This document shows, piece by piece, positions 46,326 through 60,000 of a stretch of 60,000 bases of DNA. A program made the translations under genes and the position numbers. The notes under the pieces are model-generated. The model was not told the origin of the DNA, searched no databases, and saw nothing but the letters and a program-made list of their open reading frames with translations. Every line of letters begins with the position of its first letter. Positions within the stretch are counted from its first letter, which is position 1. This DNA comes from Lama guanicoe. Its lineage: Eukaryota. Where the stretch lies: positions 560,001 through 620,000 of the forward strand of contig MU054338.1 in the NCBI GenBank assembly GCA_013239625.1, in the 5' to 3' direction.

Positions 46326-46640
46326 AGGGCCCTGCAGACTGGCCCACAAGCTCGCCTGCATGAGGACGGCATCCAGCCAAGAATGACGTTTCCATTTTAA
46401 GTGAGTGACGAAACAATCAGAAAACACCTCATTTTGTGACACATGAAAATGATATGAAATTCACATTTTGGTGTCCATTCATCAAGTTTTGTTAGCACAG
46501 CCACACACATTCCTTTAAGCACCATCCGTGGCTACTCTGGAGACACAGCAGGCAGAGTTGAGCAGTTGGGAGAGTCCATACAGCCACAAAGCTGAACGTG
46601 TTTGTTCCCTGGCCTGTGACAGAGTGGGTGGCTGACCCTG
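46326..46640 (+). mobile_element. MER58B (hAT-Charlie)
   Basis: gtgacacatgaaaatgatatgaaattcacattttggtgtccat...cacagccacacacattc...ggcagagttgagcagttg...gctgaccctg. Confidence 0.78.
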
Positions 46641-48149
46641 TTCTCCATGGCCACACGTCTGTGGGCCAGGATGCAGAAACCTCTCTGAGCCCAGCATCTC
46701 CGCTGGCAAATGGAGGATGGTGAGAAGGAGAAAGGACATTAGCCTCCAGGCCAGCAAGAGATGAACCTCTGACCAGCATATGCCAACTATGATTGTCACC
46801 ATCGCTCTGAGGGTGGCCTGTGGCAGGGGACCTCCAGCTTCCCCAGGGAGAAGGTGGAGAAGGCAGTCATGTAAATACTCCACACCCCCTCATGCTGATG
46901 CGTTAGAACTACAGCGCGCAGACCCTTGCAGGATCCTGCAGCCTGGGTTGATGGGGCCACTGTGGGGGGGGCACATGCGTGTGTGTGCATGCGCACACGC
47001 AAATGCGCATGTGTCGGGGGTGGGGGCTTAGCCACAAGGGCCGGGGAGGAGCTTCTAAGGAAGAAGCCACAACCTGAATGAGTGAAGGAGGGAGTTACAT
47101 GGCCACTCAGGGAAGAGCAGGTGCAAAGGCCCTGGGTGAGATGGAAGACGAGAGGATGGCAGAGCTGCAGCAAAGTGACCACCAGCCCAGGCCACATGCT
47201 CCAGGCTGCCACGCACAGCTGGGTCGCACTGGGTGGTGGGCCCTTCATGCCCCCCGATCCAGCGTTCCCCTGAGCCTCGGTTTCCCCAACAGTAGCATGG
47301 GGACTCATGCCCAGCGATGTCCCAGAATTTCAGTCCTGTGCCGTCCTAGCTGCATGGCAAGCTTGCCCCCACGTCCCTCTGGTTCCCAAGGCCCAGCTGA
47401 GCAACGAGCCAACGTTCCTGGGGTGGGGGCTGCTGACCGGTGCGCTCCCTCCCAGGCATTCGATTCTGGTAAGCACTGCCCAAAGCCTCCACCAACCCCG
47501 CCACTCAGGCCAGGAGGGAGCAGCAGAGAGCACCAGGCAGGGGGCGGCGGCCCCCGGGGCCAGGGGCCCCTGCTTCCGCTGGGCTGGCTGTCTGCCCTTC
47601 CCCTCCTGAGAGGGTTTCCCCAGCCCCCCAGGGACCCTGAGTTGGAGTGAGTGGCCCATCTCACAGGTGGGCCCCTGAGGCCTAAGGTAGGCCCAGGACC
47701 CCGGCGCTGGAGGTGGGAACCCAGGGTCCTGAGGGGTCCGGAGCAGACACACACGGCACGGGGAAGCTTTCTCCCCTTCGTCGCCGCACGCACTCACTCA
47801 CTCGAGGGTTTCTGGTGCCCACGGTGTCCCAGCTGACGCTGACCCTCATCACCCAGTCCAGCCTGGTGGCCCACGGGCCCAGTGATGGACGGATGAATTG
47901 AGAAAGTGTAACCGATGTCACTTGTGTCTTCATTTCCAGCTTCAAGTCTCTCTCTAATTTTTTTTCCTGTGGTTTGGTGGGGATTTTTGTTCTTTGCTTT
48001 TTTTTTTTCATTTTTCATGAAACCTGGTCGTTTTTCCTGTTAAGTTTCCCACAGTCTAAAACTTGCTGATTTGTTTCTCTGTGATGACTTAAGTTTAGTT
48101 CCTTCCCTTCTTTAAAACTAAAAAGTCAAAAGTACAGCCAGAGGGTGGC

Positions 48150-48740
48150 TGCCACGGAAGGGCCTGGAAGCTCCTACAAAAGTTATACAGAATCCCCACC
48201 TGTCCCAGCAGCTCGACTCCCAGGTGTGCACACAAGACCTGGAAGCCGAGACCCGATCAAGTACCTGCCTCCCCACGCGTGGACATTCACAGTATCATAT
48301 TCACAGTAGCCAACGGTGGAAATGACCCACATGTCCATCGACAGACGGTGGATAAACAAATGTGGTCCATCCACATGGTGGAATGCTACTCAGCCTGAAG
48401 AAGAAGGAGATTCTGGCACCTGCTCCAACGTGGGTGGACCATGTTGGGGACATGATTGATGCTCAGGGAGAGAACCAGACCCAGAAGGACACACACTGTC
48501 TGATTCCACTCACAGGAGGTCCCTGGAGGAGTCACATCCATAGACACTGAGAGTAGATGGTGGGGCTGGGGCTGGGGAGTCAGTGTTTCATGGAGACAGA
48601 CTTTCAGTTTGGGAAGATGAGAAAATTCTGGAGATGGTAGTGGGGATGGTTGCACACCAGTGTGAATGTGCTTAATGCCACTGAGCTGTGCACTTACAAA
48701 CGGTTAAGACAGTCAATTTTATGTTATGTCTATGTGCCCA
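48150..48740 (+). mobile_element. L1MB-type LINE-1 3'UTR fragment of a different subfamily
   Basis: tgtccatcgacagacggtggataaacaaatgtggtccatcc...tcagtttgggaagatgagaaaattctggagatgg...cttaatgccactgagctgtgcactt. Confidence 0.78.
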
Positions 48741-49259
48741 GAGTAACATCTCCCTCCCACAGTTCCCCAGGGCATCCTTCCAGAGGAGTCTCTGCCGACC
48801 GACCCCCCACTCCCATCCTGCTTGCCACCCAGGCTGCAGCATGTGAACCTCCTGCCTTTGCACCTCACGTCTGCCCGAGTTCATGGCACACAAGCTCATA
48901 TGGGGCGCCTGTTCTTTCGCGGGACTGCACGGTATTCCGTGGTTGGGATGTGCTGCGGTTGGCTTACTCCCTTCTCTAGGGCACTCCCAGGGTGTTTCCG
49001 CCTGGCTTCCCGTGCCAGGGGCAGCCATGTGGTCCCCGACATGGGCAAGTAGTCACGGAGCAACCCCTGGCAGCGATCCAGCCCTTCGTCATTTCAGAAG
49101 ACGTGGCCACACTGCCTGTGGGGGGACTGACCGTTTGATCCCACCAAGACCCCAGCCTGTTTCCTGGACTTCCTCATTGTTAGAAAAATTCCAGGGTAAC
49201 GTAACATTAAAGGACATAACACATAACAAAATTCACCATTCTAACTGTAGGGACCTCCT

Positions 49260-49575
49260 GTGAGTGGAGTCACACACTGTGTGTCCTTCTGTGTCTGCTT
49301 CTCTCCCTGAGCACCGTGTTCTCAGGGTCCGGCCCCGTAGGAGCGGGTGTCAGGGCTGCTCTCCTGTTCACGGCTGAGTGATGCTCCCACGTGTGGAGGG
49401 ACACATGTGTCCGTGGATGGACACTAGGTTTGTGTCCACCTTTTGGCTGCTGTGGACGTGTGTGTGTGGGTCTCCGTGTAGACGTGTATCCCCATGTCTC
49501 CTGGTGGCTGCCTGACGGCAGGCCTCCGGGCTCGTGCAGCGACTGTGACTGCTGGGGGAGCCGCATGACTGTTTT
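49260..49575 (-). mobile_element. L1MB-like fragment (shared-core copy G, partial)
   Basis: ggagtcacacactgtgtgtccttctgtgtctgcttctctccctgagcaccgtgttctcagggtcc...gtgtcagggctgctctcctgttcacgg. Confidence 0.75.
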
Positions 49576-49924
49576 CTGACTCTATCACAGAGTATCTCCA
49601 ACACATGGAACAGAAGAAAGTGGAACAGCCTCTCCAAGCCCTTCCACCTCTTCCCCAAGCCTCAACCAGTACCAGCCCCATGCTCGTCTTGTTTTATCTC
49701 TAGTCCACCCTTGGATTATTTTTTCCAACCTTTTATTATGAATATATTCAAATGCATTGAAGAGCTGGAAGGATTTGGTGGTTAAAGACCCAATACCAAG
49801 TTCCCATGATTAACATTTTACTCTTTGTTTAGCGCATATCTGAACATCCGCCTTTTCCTCCAGGGGGGTGCATTTCAGCGCACGTGCGTGCATGTGAGCA
49901 CGCGTGTGTTTTGCTGCATCTAAA

Positions 49925-50712
49925 TATAATGTGCCACCTATCTGAATGGCAAAACTAGAACCAAAAACAATGGACAAATCCAAGTGCTGGTGAGCGCACA
50001 GAGCACCGGGAATCCTCAGATGTTGCTGGTGGGGATGTGGCCACTGAAGACAGCTTGGCGGTTCCTCAAAATACTCAACATAGGGTTGCCGGGTGATGGA
50101 GCTGCTCGACTGCTGGGTATTAACCCAAAAGGAATTAAGTCTTCTGTCCACACAAGAGCCTGCACACACGTGTCCACGGCAGCATGATTCCTAGTCATCC
50201 CAAACTGGAGACAACCAGATGCTCTTCAGCTGGTGAATGGGTGGAAACACTACGGAATGTCCGGGAAGGGACATCACTCAGACCCAACAAGGAGACAGTG
50301 CTCGCAGAACACCGAGGAAGCGCAGATGAATCACAGTGGGAAAGAAGCCAGGCTCCTGCTGCATGATTTCACTGCGTGTTCCCTGGTGGGGGGGCCAAGC
50401 TGCAGGGTCAAACCTCCATCTTTGCTTGGGAAAGGCTGGGGGAGGGGGGAGGGGACCACAGAGGGGCACCAGGGGCCTCCTGGGGTGGTGGAAATATTTT
50501 ACTTCCTTTTTAGGGGAAGTAATTAGGCTATTTATTTACTTTAATGGAGGCACTGAGGGTTAAACCCAGGACCTCATGCGGGCTACGCCCACCCTGTGCC
50601 ACTGAGCTATTTCATCTCTTGATTACGGTGGTGATGACACGGCTACGTCTTCTCACCCCAATTCATAGACCTGTATACTACAAAAGGTGAGTTTTTCTGT
50701 AATAAATAATTC
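49925..50712 (+). mobile_element. L1ME-like LINE-1 fragment interrupted by a SINE
   Basis: caagtgctggtgag...ttggcggttcctcaaaatactcaacatag...caaactggagacaaccagatg; resumes after the SINE with tcttgattacggtggtgatgacac. Confidence 0.6.
50505..50618 (-). mobile_element. tRNA-derived SINE (Vic-1-like), more diverged copy
   Basis: Reverse complement reads atagctcagtggcac...gaggtcctgggtttaaccctcagtgcctccattaaagtaaataaatagcctaattacttcccc, the same body and tail as the copy at 15018. Confidence 0.75.
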
Positions 50713-50726
50713 TAAGAGCCTTATAT

Positions 50727-51160
50727 GTGGGTCTCTTGGGGCGGGTGTAACCAATGGCCACAAATTGGGTGGCTTAAAACCACAGAAGTGTCTTCCCTCC
50801 CATTCTGGAGGCCGGAAGTCAGATGAAGGTATTGTCAGGGATGGAGACTCCAGGGAAGGGTCCCCCTGCCTCTTCCAGTTTCTGGGGACCCCAGGCATCC
50901 CTTGGCTTGTGGCCACACCACTCTTGTCTCTGCCTCTGCTTTCACGTGGCCTTTCCCTGGCTGTCAAATTTCCTGTGTGTCTTTTACAAGGACAGTTGTC
51001 ATTGGATGCAGGGCCCACCTGTCACCCAGGGTGCTCTCGCCTCAAGCTCCTTACCTTGCTTACAGCTGCAAGACTCTATTTCCAATTGAGGCCACATTCA
51101 CAGGTTCTGGGGACATGGATGCGAACATCTCTTTGGGGAGCCATCATTCGACCTGCCACC
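50727..51160 (-). mobile_element. MLT1B/C-like MaLR solo LTR
   Basis: cacaaattgggtggcttaaaaccacagaagtg...ttctggaggccggaagtc...ctgcaagactctatttcca...cacattcacaggttctgggg. Confidence 0.8.
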
Positions 51161-51312
51161 CGTTCCTTACAAATAAAAACAAGAGTGGCTACATCAGGAC
51201 ATTTTCTCCCAAATACTTCGGCCTGCACGTTACACCCAGGAATGTTCTAAAGCAAAATCCTGTACACCACATCCTTTTATCCATAAATACATGCATGTTT
51301 ATCTATAAAGCA

Positions 51313-51420
51313 AAGATTCTCAACCAGGGGTGGTCCTGCCCCCCAGGGGACACTAGGACACCTCTAGGGACATCTGCCGCTGTCGCCACAGAGGGTACTC
51401 TTGGGCTTTGAGTGGACGTT
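51313..51420 (+). mobile_element. MER20 5' fragment
   Basis: ttctcaaccaggggtggtcctgcccccaggggacact matches the MER20 5' end. Confidence 0.6.
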
Positions 51421-52005
51421 GGTGCGTGCACGCGCGCACTCACACACACATAAGCTCATGCTTGAGCCTTAGGCACGATCCCCGCCCGCCCCCTGGTGGC
51501 CACACTGGCCCACACGGACCCAGCCCCTAAGCTACCCATGACTGGATTCCCGGCAGGGGTGAACTCGGGTCTGCAAGGACCCCTCTGGCTTCTGGGGGCC
51601 TCACTCAACAGGTGGGAGGCTGAGCTGGGCCCCTGGAAAGGGGTGGTCTTAGGGGCCAGGAAGAGACCCACCAAGTGGAAGTTGATCCAGGATGGTGCAG
51701 ACGGCCAGGAGAGGGGCCAGGAGAAACTCTGGCCTCCTTGTTGCTCAGGGAGAGGGTGTAGGTCTTGGCCTCAGAGCTGAGGGAAGCAAGGGGGCTGCGA
51801 GGGAGTGAGTAGATCTGGGGGCCAGCTGGGTATGAGTGTCCATAAGAGTGAGGGTCGTGGGTGGGTAGGAGAAATGCCAGGTGTGAGGGATAGGGTATAC
51901 AGGAGGAGACAGGACAGAGGCAAAGCCTGGGCCCTAGAGGACTCCATGGATGACCTGGGCCCCTACCCGAAGGCTGGGCCCCTGCTGTTACCTGGTCTTC
52001 CTGTT

Positions 52006-52280
52006 TATAACTGGGGGCTCTGACCTCAAACCCGGGGCCCCACCTGTAACCTTGGGTCCCCCACTATAATCTGGGACCCTACCTATAACCTGAGGACTCC
52101 CACCTGTAACCTAGTGCCTCTTAGCTGTAATCTGGGGCTCTCCTAAGTAATCTCGGGCCTGTAACCTGGGGCCCCTTGCTATAACCTCGGCCCCCTACCT
52201 ACAACCTAGAGCCTCCATGTATAACCTGGGTTCACCACCTATAAACTGGGGCCCCTCCGTGGTAACCTGGGGCCCCCATC
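52006..52280 (+). repeat. Degenerate minisatellite, ~14 units of ~20 bp (consensus ~ATAACCTGGGGCCCCCACCT)
   Basis: Repeated (a/g)taacct-gggg-cccc-acct units visible by eye. Confidence 0.85.
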
Positions 52281-52914
52281 ACAGAAGCTGCAGGATAATG
52301 AGGACAACATGGGAAAGCATTTTCCCCGGGGGCCACTGTAAATATGCAGGACTGTTGCCCATGCCTGGTAGCACTCCCACTTTTCACGGTTTACAGCCTC
52401 AGAGGTCATCTTGCCTCTCCGTCCAGAGTGTCACCCCAGGCTGCTAAGTCTTTTCTCTTTGTGGTGATTCATAAGGTAGCAGGACCTTTTAGTTCCAATG
52501 GCCTCTTATATTTGATGACATACGGTATGGTTACTACCCTCCCTCAGAAGGAGGACAAGAGAGGCCAAGACCCGCCCAACTGAGGCTCTCTGCTGCTGCG
52601 CATAGGGCTGGGGCCAGGGAGAGGGTCTCTGGAGAGGCTTAAAGCAGCCCTCGGGTCTCAGGCCCCATCATGCTGGGAAGGGCCCCCAAATCCGGTTCTG
52701 TGCTGGCCCGTTTTGGGTTTGATGCTCGCTATGAACCTAACATAAGCAGGCCAGCTGGGCTGCCCCAAGGTCTGCATCACCCCGAGGAGACAGTGCTAGC
52801 ATCCTTCCCAGGCTTCTGGGGGCTCCCAGTCTCGGCACTCAGGTGTACCAGGCACCTGGACAGGTGGCATCCCCTCTGCAAGCTTCAGTCACCTGTAAGG
52901 AGGGTAGAGGGAGG

Positions 52915-53490
52915 ATTTTGGAACATTTCATCACCTGAAAAGAAACCCCGTTCCCATTAGCAATCACCTCTTATTGCTCCCACCTCCCCAGCACCTGACA
53001 ACCAGGAGCCCCCTCTCTGTGTCTGTGGATTGTCCTGTTGTGGACGTTTCACATCCATGGAATCACACACTGTGTGTCCTTCTGTGTCTGCTTCTCTCAT
53101 TGAGCATCGTGTTCTCAAGTTCATCCATGTGTGTCAATGCCTTATTCTTTTTCATGGCTGAGTAACATTCCAGCATGTGGATACCCCATATTCTGTTTAT
53201 CTCCACATCTGTTGATGGACATTTGGGTTGTTTCCACTTTTTAATCATCAAGTGACTCAGGCTGCTGGGAACATCTATGTAGAAGTTTTTGTGCAGACGT
53301 ATGTTTCCAGTTCTCTTGGGCACATACCTAGGAGCGGAATTACTGGGCCATGTGGTAGCTCAATGGTAACCTTTCAACTTTTTTCTCAAAGTGACTGCAC
53401 CATCTGCATGGATGTTCCAGTTTCTCCACAAGCCTGCCAATATTTGTTATTCTTTTTTTTTTATCACAGCCATCCTAGTGGGTTTAAAGT
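52915..53490 (-). mobile_element. L1MB-like LINE-1 3'UTR/ORF2 fragment (shared-core copy H)
   Basis: gacgtttcacatccatggaatcacacactgtgtgtccttctgtgtctgcttctctc...gttgatggacatttgggttgtttccact...acctaggagcggaattactggg. Confidence 0.8.
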
Positions 53491-53748
53491 GGTTAATTTT
53501 AATAACGTATTTCTTTTAACCTAACATATCCAAAATTACTTAATTTCAACATGTAGTCAATGTAAATTATTGAAAGTTTTTGCATCACAGTTATTAGTAA
53601 GATACACATATATACATACTTTTTTTTTCATATTAAGCCTTCAAAATCCAGTGTGTATTTGTAGTCAGCACATCTCAATTCAGGAAGCCATATTACAGGA
53701 GCTCAACAGACACATGTGGCCAGGGGCTGCTGCTGCAGTGGCCACAAC
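53490..53748. mobile_element. MER33 (hAT-Charlie) fragment
   Basis: ttaattttaataacgtatttcttttaacctaacatatccaaaa...cttcaaaatccagtgtgtatt...cagcacatctcaattc...gctcaacagacacatgtggcc. Confidence 0.7.
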
Positions 53749-54524
53749 AGACTTCTCCTCGACCCCAGAGAACTCCCAAGTCTAGTTTCAGAGAATGAAA
53801 AAAAATGGGTAAAGAAATATATAAATGAGTCAATTTCTGATGGTGACAAGTATTAAGAAGAAAATGAAACTGAAAAGGGGCTACATGCAAGGGAATGACC
53901 AGGAGGACTTCTTGGAGAAAGTGGCATCTCAGCCGAAATTTCACCTTCACGGACTCTTTCTGCAATGGTCACCAAACATTTCCTGAGTCCCTTCCATCAG
54001 GAGAAACGGTGGAGCCTTTGTGAAGGAGAGTGGAGCCTACAGATGCCAGGGTTATCAAGTGCCCCCAGACTCCAAAAAGTCTGGACATAAGCCAGCAGTC
54101 AAAAACATGGAAAATATCAGAAGGAATTTGAGTCGGGAGTGTTCCTTGCTCCTCTGTTTTCTGGAAGAGATTTAAAACTGATGTTATCTCTCCATGAAAC
54201 GCCTGGTGGAAATTCACCGACGAAACCACCTGGGTCGTTGCTGGAAGGTTTTCACTAGACTTAATCTCTTATTAGATATGACTTATGCAGATCATCTATT
54301 TCTTCTGGAGGGAGCTTTCATTTTAGTGTCTTTTCAGCTGTTGGCCTACTTCACTTAAGGGCATAGACTTGTTCCTACAGCTAATTTTTAACATCCTTAT
54401 GTCTGTAGTGATATCCCTTCTTTAACTCCTACTATTGGTCATCTTTTTTTCTTATCTGGTTTGAGTTTTATCAACTTTTATTTTTTCTAGGAAAAATCTT
54501 TTGGTTTCATTGATTTTTCCATTC

Positions 54525-54637
54525 TTCTTTTTAAAAAGATCTTCTTGTTGCTTTTACTGGAGGTACTGGGGATTGAACCCAGGACCTTCTTCATGATAAG
54601 CATGTGCTCTACCACTGAGCAATACCCGCCCACCCCT
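54525..54637 (-). mobile_element. tRNA-derived SINE (Vic-1-like), inside an old antisense L1 fragment (~54100-54690)
   Basis: Reverse complement reads gggtattgctcagtggtagagcacatgcttatcatgaagaaggtcctgggttcaatccccagtacctcc, with A and B boxes. Confidence 0.82.
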
Positions 54638-55199
54638 CATTCTTTTTCTATTCTATTTCATCAGTTTCTGCTCTGATCCTTGTGATTTAGGAATCTGGGG
54701 CTAATCCACATGTTCTCATTAGAACGTGCTGGTACGCTGGTGTGACTAGTGGTCCCTACCCCACAAAGCACACCAACCCCTCTTCTGTGGTTCATTTGAT
54801 AATCTGATGAAACTCATGGCTATCCCCAAAAACATGTACACGGGACACTCAATTTTGCACGTAGTTTTCAGTAGTTCACACGTGTCAGGCTCAGAACCCC
54901 AGCCTGGAGCCCAAATCTGGTGTCGGCTCCCAACGCCTCCACACAAGACAAGCAGTCTGTTCTGGAAAAATAATAATCTAGTGCTAATAAGCAGAAAGGT
55001 AAAACACACAGGCCTGGAGGTATTTTCAACTTCACCAAACCATATTTTGCCAACTCTGCTTTTCATTCAGAGCACTTTGCTGGCACCACCCCAGCTGGGT
55101 TCTGGGTTTTACTCCCGGAGTTCCCTTGGGGCACAGACCGCCCGGCGCATCTCTCTCTCCACCTGGCCCGAGGGAGGCTTAATAAAAAACTTTTTGCCT

Positions 55200-57054
<1,855 letters not shown>

Positions 57055-60000
57055 TAAGTGTGGCTTCTTCCTGGGTTGGGGTGCGGCCAGCGGGTCGGCC
57101 CCTTCCTTCCTTCCCTTCCTCCCTCCTCCCTCCTCTTCTCCAGGCTTCCCTGGGGTCCTCCCTTTCCTTAACAACCTGAGCTGACTTGCCCGGGAGTCCA
57201 GGGCCACCCACTTCGGTACTTTGGTGAAGTTAGGCTGGCTTGTTGTGGCCAGTGTCCTGTACCTTTGGGCTCTTGGACGCCCAGCAGAGCCCGCCTCACC
57301 CTACCAGCTGTCTGTATAGAAGCCCCGCAAAACCCGCCAGCCTTTACTTGGCTCTGAGCACTGGGTTCAGAAACGGTCCTGCCTGCCGCCAGCGGGTTTC
57401 TGAGCAGTGTCCGGCTGTTACTAGGACCCGAGAAATGCGATTTGTTTATCCTGTTGAAGGGGAACTCTGTGGCTGCCAAAAATAATTGTTTGCAGCGGCT
57501 TATCAGTCAGCAGGGGGGAACTTCGCCCTTTCTCACTCGCCAGGGATGTGACACCAGACACGTCCGTGACTCGCAGGTCCGGTGACTCCTCGAGAAGTGT
57601 ACCGGCTTGTGTCCTGGCAAACTGTTTACACGGTTTCTTCCGGTACCCGTCTGCCCGTAGGCATCGCAGGGGTGTTGGGGTCTGCCTGCTGGAGCCTCCT
57701 GAGGATGGTGGGGGCCTGCCTCCTTCCTTCTGCCGCTCTCGGGGTAGGGGGCCTCCTCCTTATCGCTGCTGCCCAGGGGGACCCGCCCTGCCCGGGCCCG
57801 CACTTCTCTCCCCACCACCAGCTTCCAGAAGGGGTTTATCTGATGAGCTAGGCAGCAGGACTGGCTGGTGACCTTGGACGATTGTGGAAGTTCTGCTCCC
57901 AGGTCCACTTTCACCTCCTGCTTTCCTGGCCCTGCCTGCTTGCTCGCGTTTTGACAGCGTGTGGCTGAGCTGAGTTTCCTTACTCAGGATGCGTGGGGTG
58001 CTGGGCTGTAGGAGCAGAGTGCTGCTGCCTGACTGGCTCCTGTTGGTGCCCGGCCCATGAGCACCTGGTGAAGGGCAAGGGCGGGGCCAGGCCAGCGGCC
58101 AGTTCTCCGTGTCTCTCACCTGTCAGGTGGGGGTGGGTCTGGGCCACCAGCCTCCTGGGGAGACTGCTTCTGAGTCAGATGGCTTCTAAGTCCCATTTTC
58201 TCTTTAAGCCAGAAGCATGTGGGGGTGATGTGACCTCGGCGGCTGCCGGTTTGCCACGGCTCTGGTTTGGGGGGTGGTGCGCTCCTGTGTCCTGGATGCT
58301 GCCCCCAAGGAGGGGCCTGTCCTCCTGGCTGTGCTTAGGCCTTGTCCCCAGGTCTGTCCAGAGAACGGGGTGATAGTATCTTACCGCCTGGCCCAGCCCT
58401 CCCGCCTGGAGCCAGCACAGGTCCACCTTGGCGCTGTGTGGCAGCCTGGGCCCCAGCCTCTTGGGAGTAGCAGCCAGAGGGAAGTAGGGGTTCCCAGAGC
58501 ACCCGTTGATCTGTCCGACTAGAGTCACCCAAGCCACCCTACTGGCCCTCCAAGGCCTTCAGGGAGTAGAAGCGGGATGGAGAGGTGTCAGGTGGGCGAG
58601 TGCCCCCCCAGGCATCCTGTATATGTGATAGAGTGCCCTGTACGCGCACATGTGCACGAAGGTCAAGTTAGAGGACGCTTATCGCCCAAAGGGTTTGCTC
58701 GAGCTCTGAGACCTGAGTGGAGGGTCATGCAGTGCTGGCCCCCAGTCCTGCTTTCCTGGAGGGTCAGCTGTGGCCCTGGCACCGTGGGGACACAGTGTCC
58801 GTCGGAAGAACCAGAGGGGAAGCAGGCCAGGGACGCAGTGTGGCTGGTGGTCCCCAGCTGGCCTGACAAGTAGTGTCAGGTGTCACAACGGCCGTGCCGG
58901 TGCCAGTCCACTCGCTCAGCCCTGGGTGGGTGTGCGGGACTCCGCCTCTCGGAGGCCCCCTCGGAGCAGAGGGCTGGCTTGGTGCTGTGCTGCCTGCCCG
59001 GCTTTGGTGTCTGTCATGAGAACCTGCAGGCAGGCAGGCAGCTCTGGACTAGAACCCACTACACCTTCTTCGCTGAGTGCTATGAGGGCCGTGCCCTGCC
59101 CTGAGGGGGCCTGTTCCCTGGTCCTGAGTCCCAGCACAGAGGTCTGGATAGGAGACCTTGGAGGGCGGTGGGTCTGCCCCATGGTGGGCTCTCCTGCCAG
59201 GGCCGGGTGTCCACTCCCAGGCCTGAGACCCAGGCTTCAGGGCCAGCCTTGCCGCCGGGTGGCTATGGGAAAAAAAGGCTCCTTTGTCCTGGAGAGACTT
59301 AATAAACTGAACTCCAGACTCGTCTCTTGTGAAGCATCTGGAACCTTGCAGAGAAGCCTCGCGAGTCCTCCAGCTCTAGCTGGGACGGGAAGCTTCTCCT
59401 TGAAGAATGGAGTTGGCGCAGAAGGAGGCCCCCCCGCGGCTCCCCCAAGACAGTGGTTGTGGGTCTGTGCTCGTCCCTGACCTGCTGGCAGAAGCTAACT
59501 CTTCCTTACTGTGACAGGGAAGTTCCAAAAAGCGCCCAGAAGTGAAAAAAGGGGCTGCTCACTGCCTTAGTACCGACCGTGTGCTGCGTTCCTTTTGAGC
59601 CCCTCTTAGGTGTGTCCTCTCTTCCTCTCTGGCCACTTTCGTGCAGGACAAACCCACCCCGAGTGTAGTCGTAAAGGAGAAGTCGGATTTGCTTGTGCTT
59701 CCCTAGATGGCGGGAGCAGGTGTCGGAGCAGGTGTCGGGCCGCACCCCTTGTGACACCACTGCCCGGGAGGACAGGTGGCAGAGGGGCTTCAGCTCTTTG
59801 GAGGGGTCTTCGTCAGCTGCTGAGGGGTCTGTTTGCCCCAAGGCTGTGCTGCTTGGACCCTCACCCCCAGCCTACAGCTGCCTTTCTGGCTGCCTTTCTG
59901 TTGAGGGCAGGTGGGGTCTTGGTGATGGTCCTGTGGCTTTGGGATGGGTGTGTGCAGAGCCCCAGGGTGTGTGTGCGTCTGGGGAGCGGTGGGCCCAGTG

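Noticed and set aside
52006..52280. Repeat array superficially like CRISPR or iterons
   Set aside because: Units are contiguous and degenerate with no unique spacers, there are no cas genes, and the context is eukaryotic.

Overview
Mammalian genomic DNA, very GC-rich and probably camelid (three copies of a tRNA-derived SINE resembling camelid Vic-1). It holds two head-to-head genes. SBNO2 (strawberry notch homolog 2, DExH-type SF2 helicase-like) is on the - strand, with a CpG-island promoter and non-coding exon 1 at ~38.5 kb, 16 consecutive coding exons from 26519 down to 562 (the gene runs off the left edge), and an alternative first coding exon at 13171-13257. STK11/LKB1 is on the + strand, with a CpG-island promoter at ~55.2-56.6 kb and coding exon 1 at 56764-57053 (the gene runs off the right edge). 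The rest is intron or intergenic DNA containing L1M, MLT1, MER20/33/45/53/58, MIR, L2 and SINE relics. Nearly all ORFs in the supplied track are chance ORFs of GC-rich DNA. I found no convincing new biological system. The oddities most worth checking are: (1) a U12-type branch point before SBNO2 exon 12 whose partner donor at exon 11 is missing or garbled; (2) an in-frame duplicated exon end plus donor in an open intron; (3) a uORF with stop-ATG adjacency and a 9-aa extension in SBNO2 exon 2; (4) eight L1MB-like fragments sharing a near-identical GC-shifted core; (5) a 3 x 116-bp CCAAT/kB-like tandem and a 5-CCAAT cluster. Exon numbering, human comparisons and repeat family names come from my recollection of reference sequences, not from a search.
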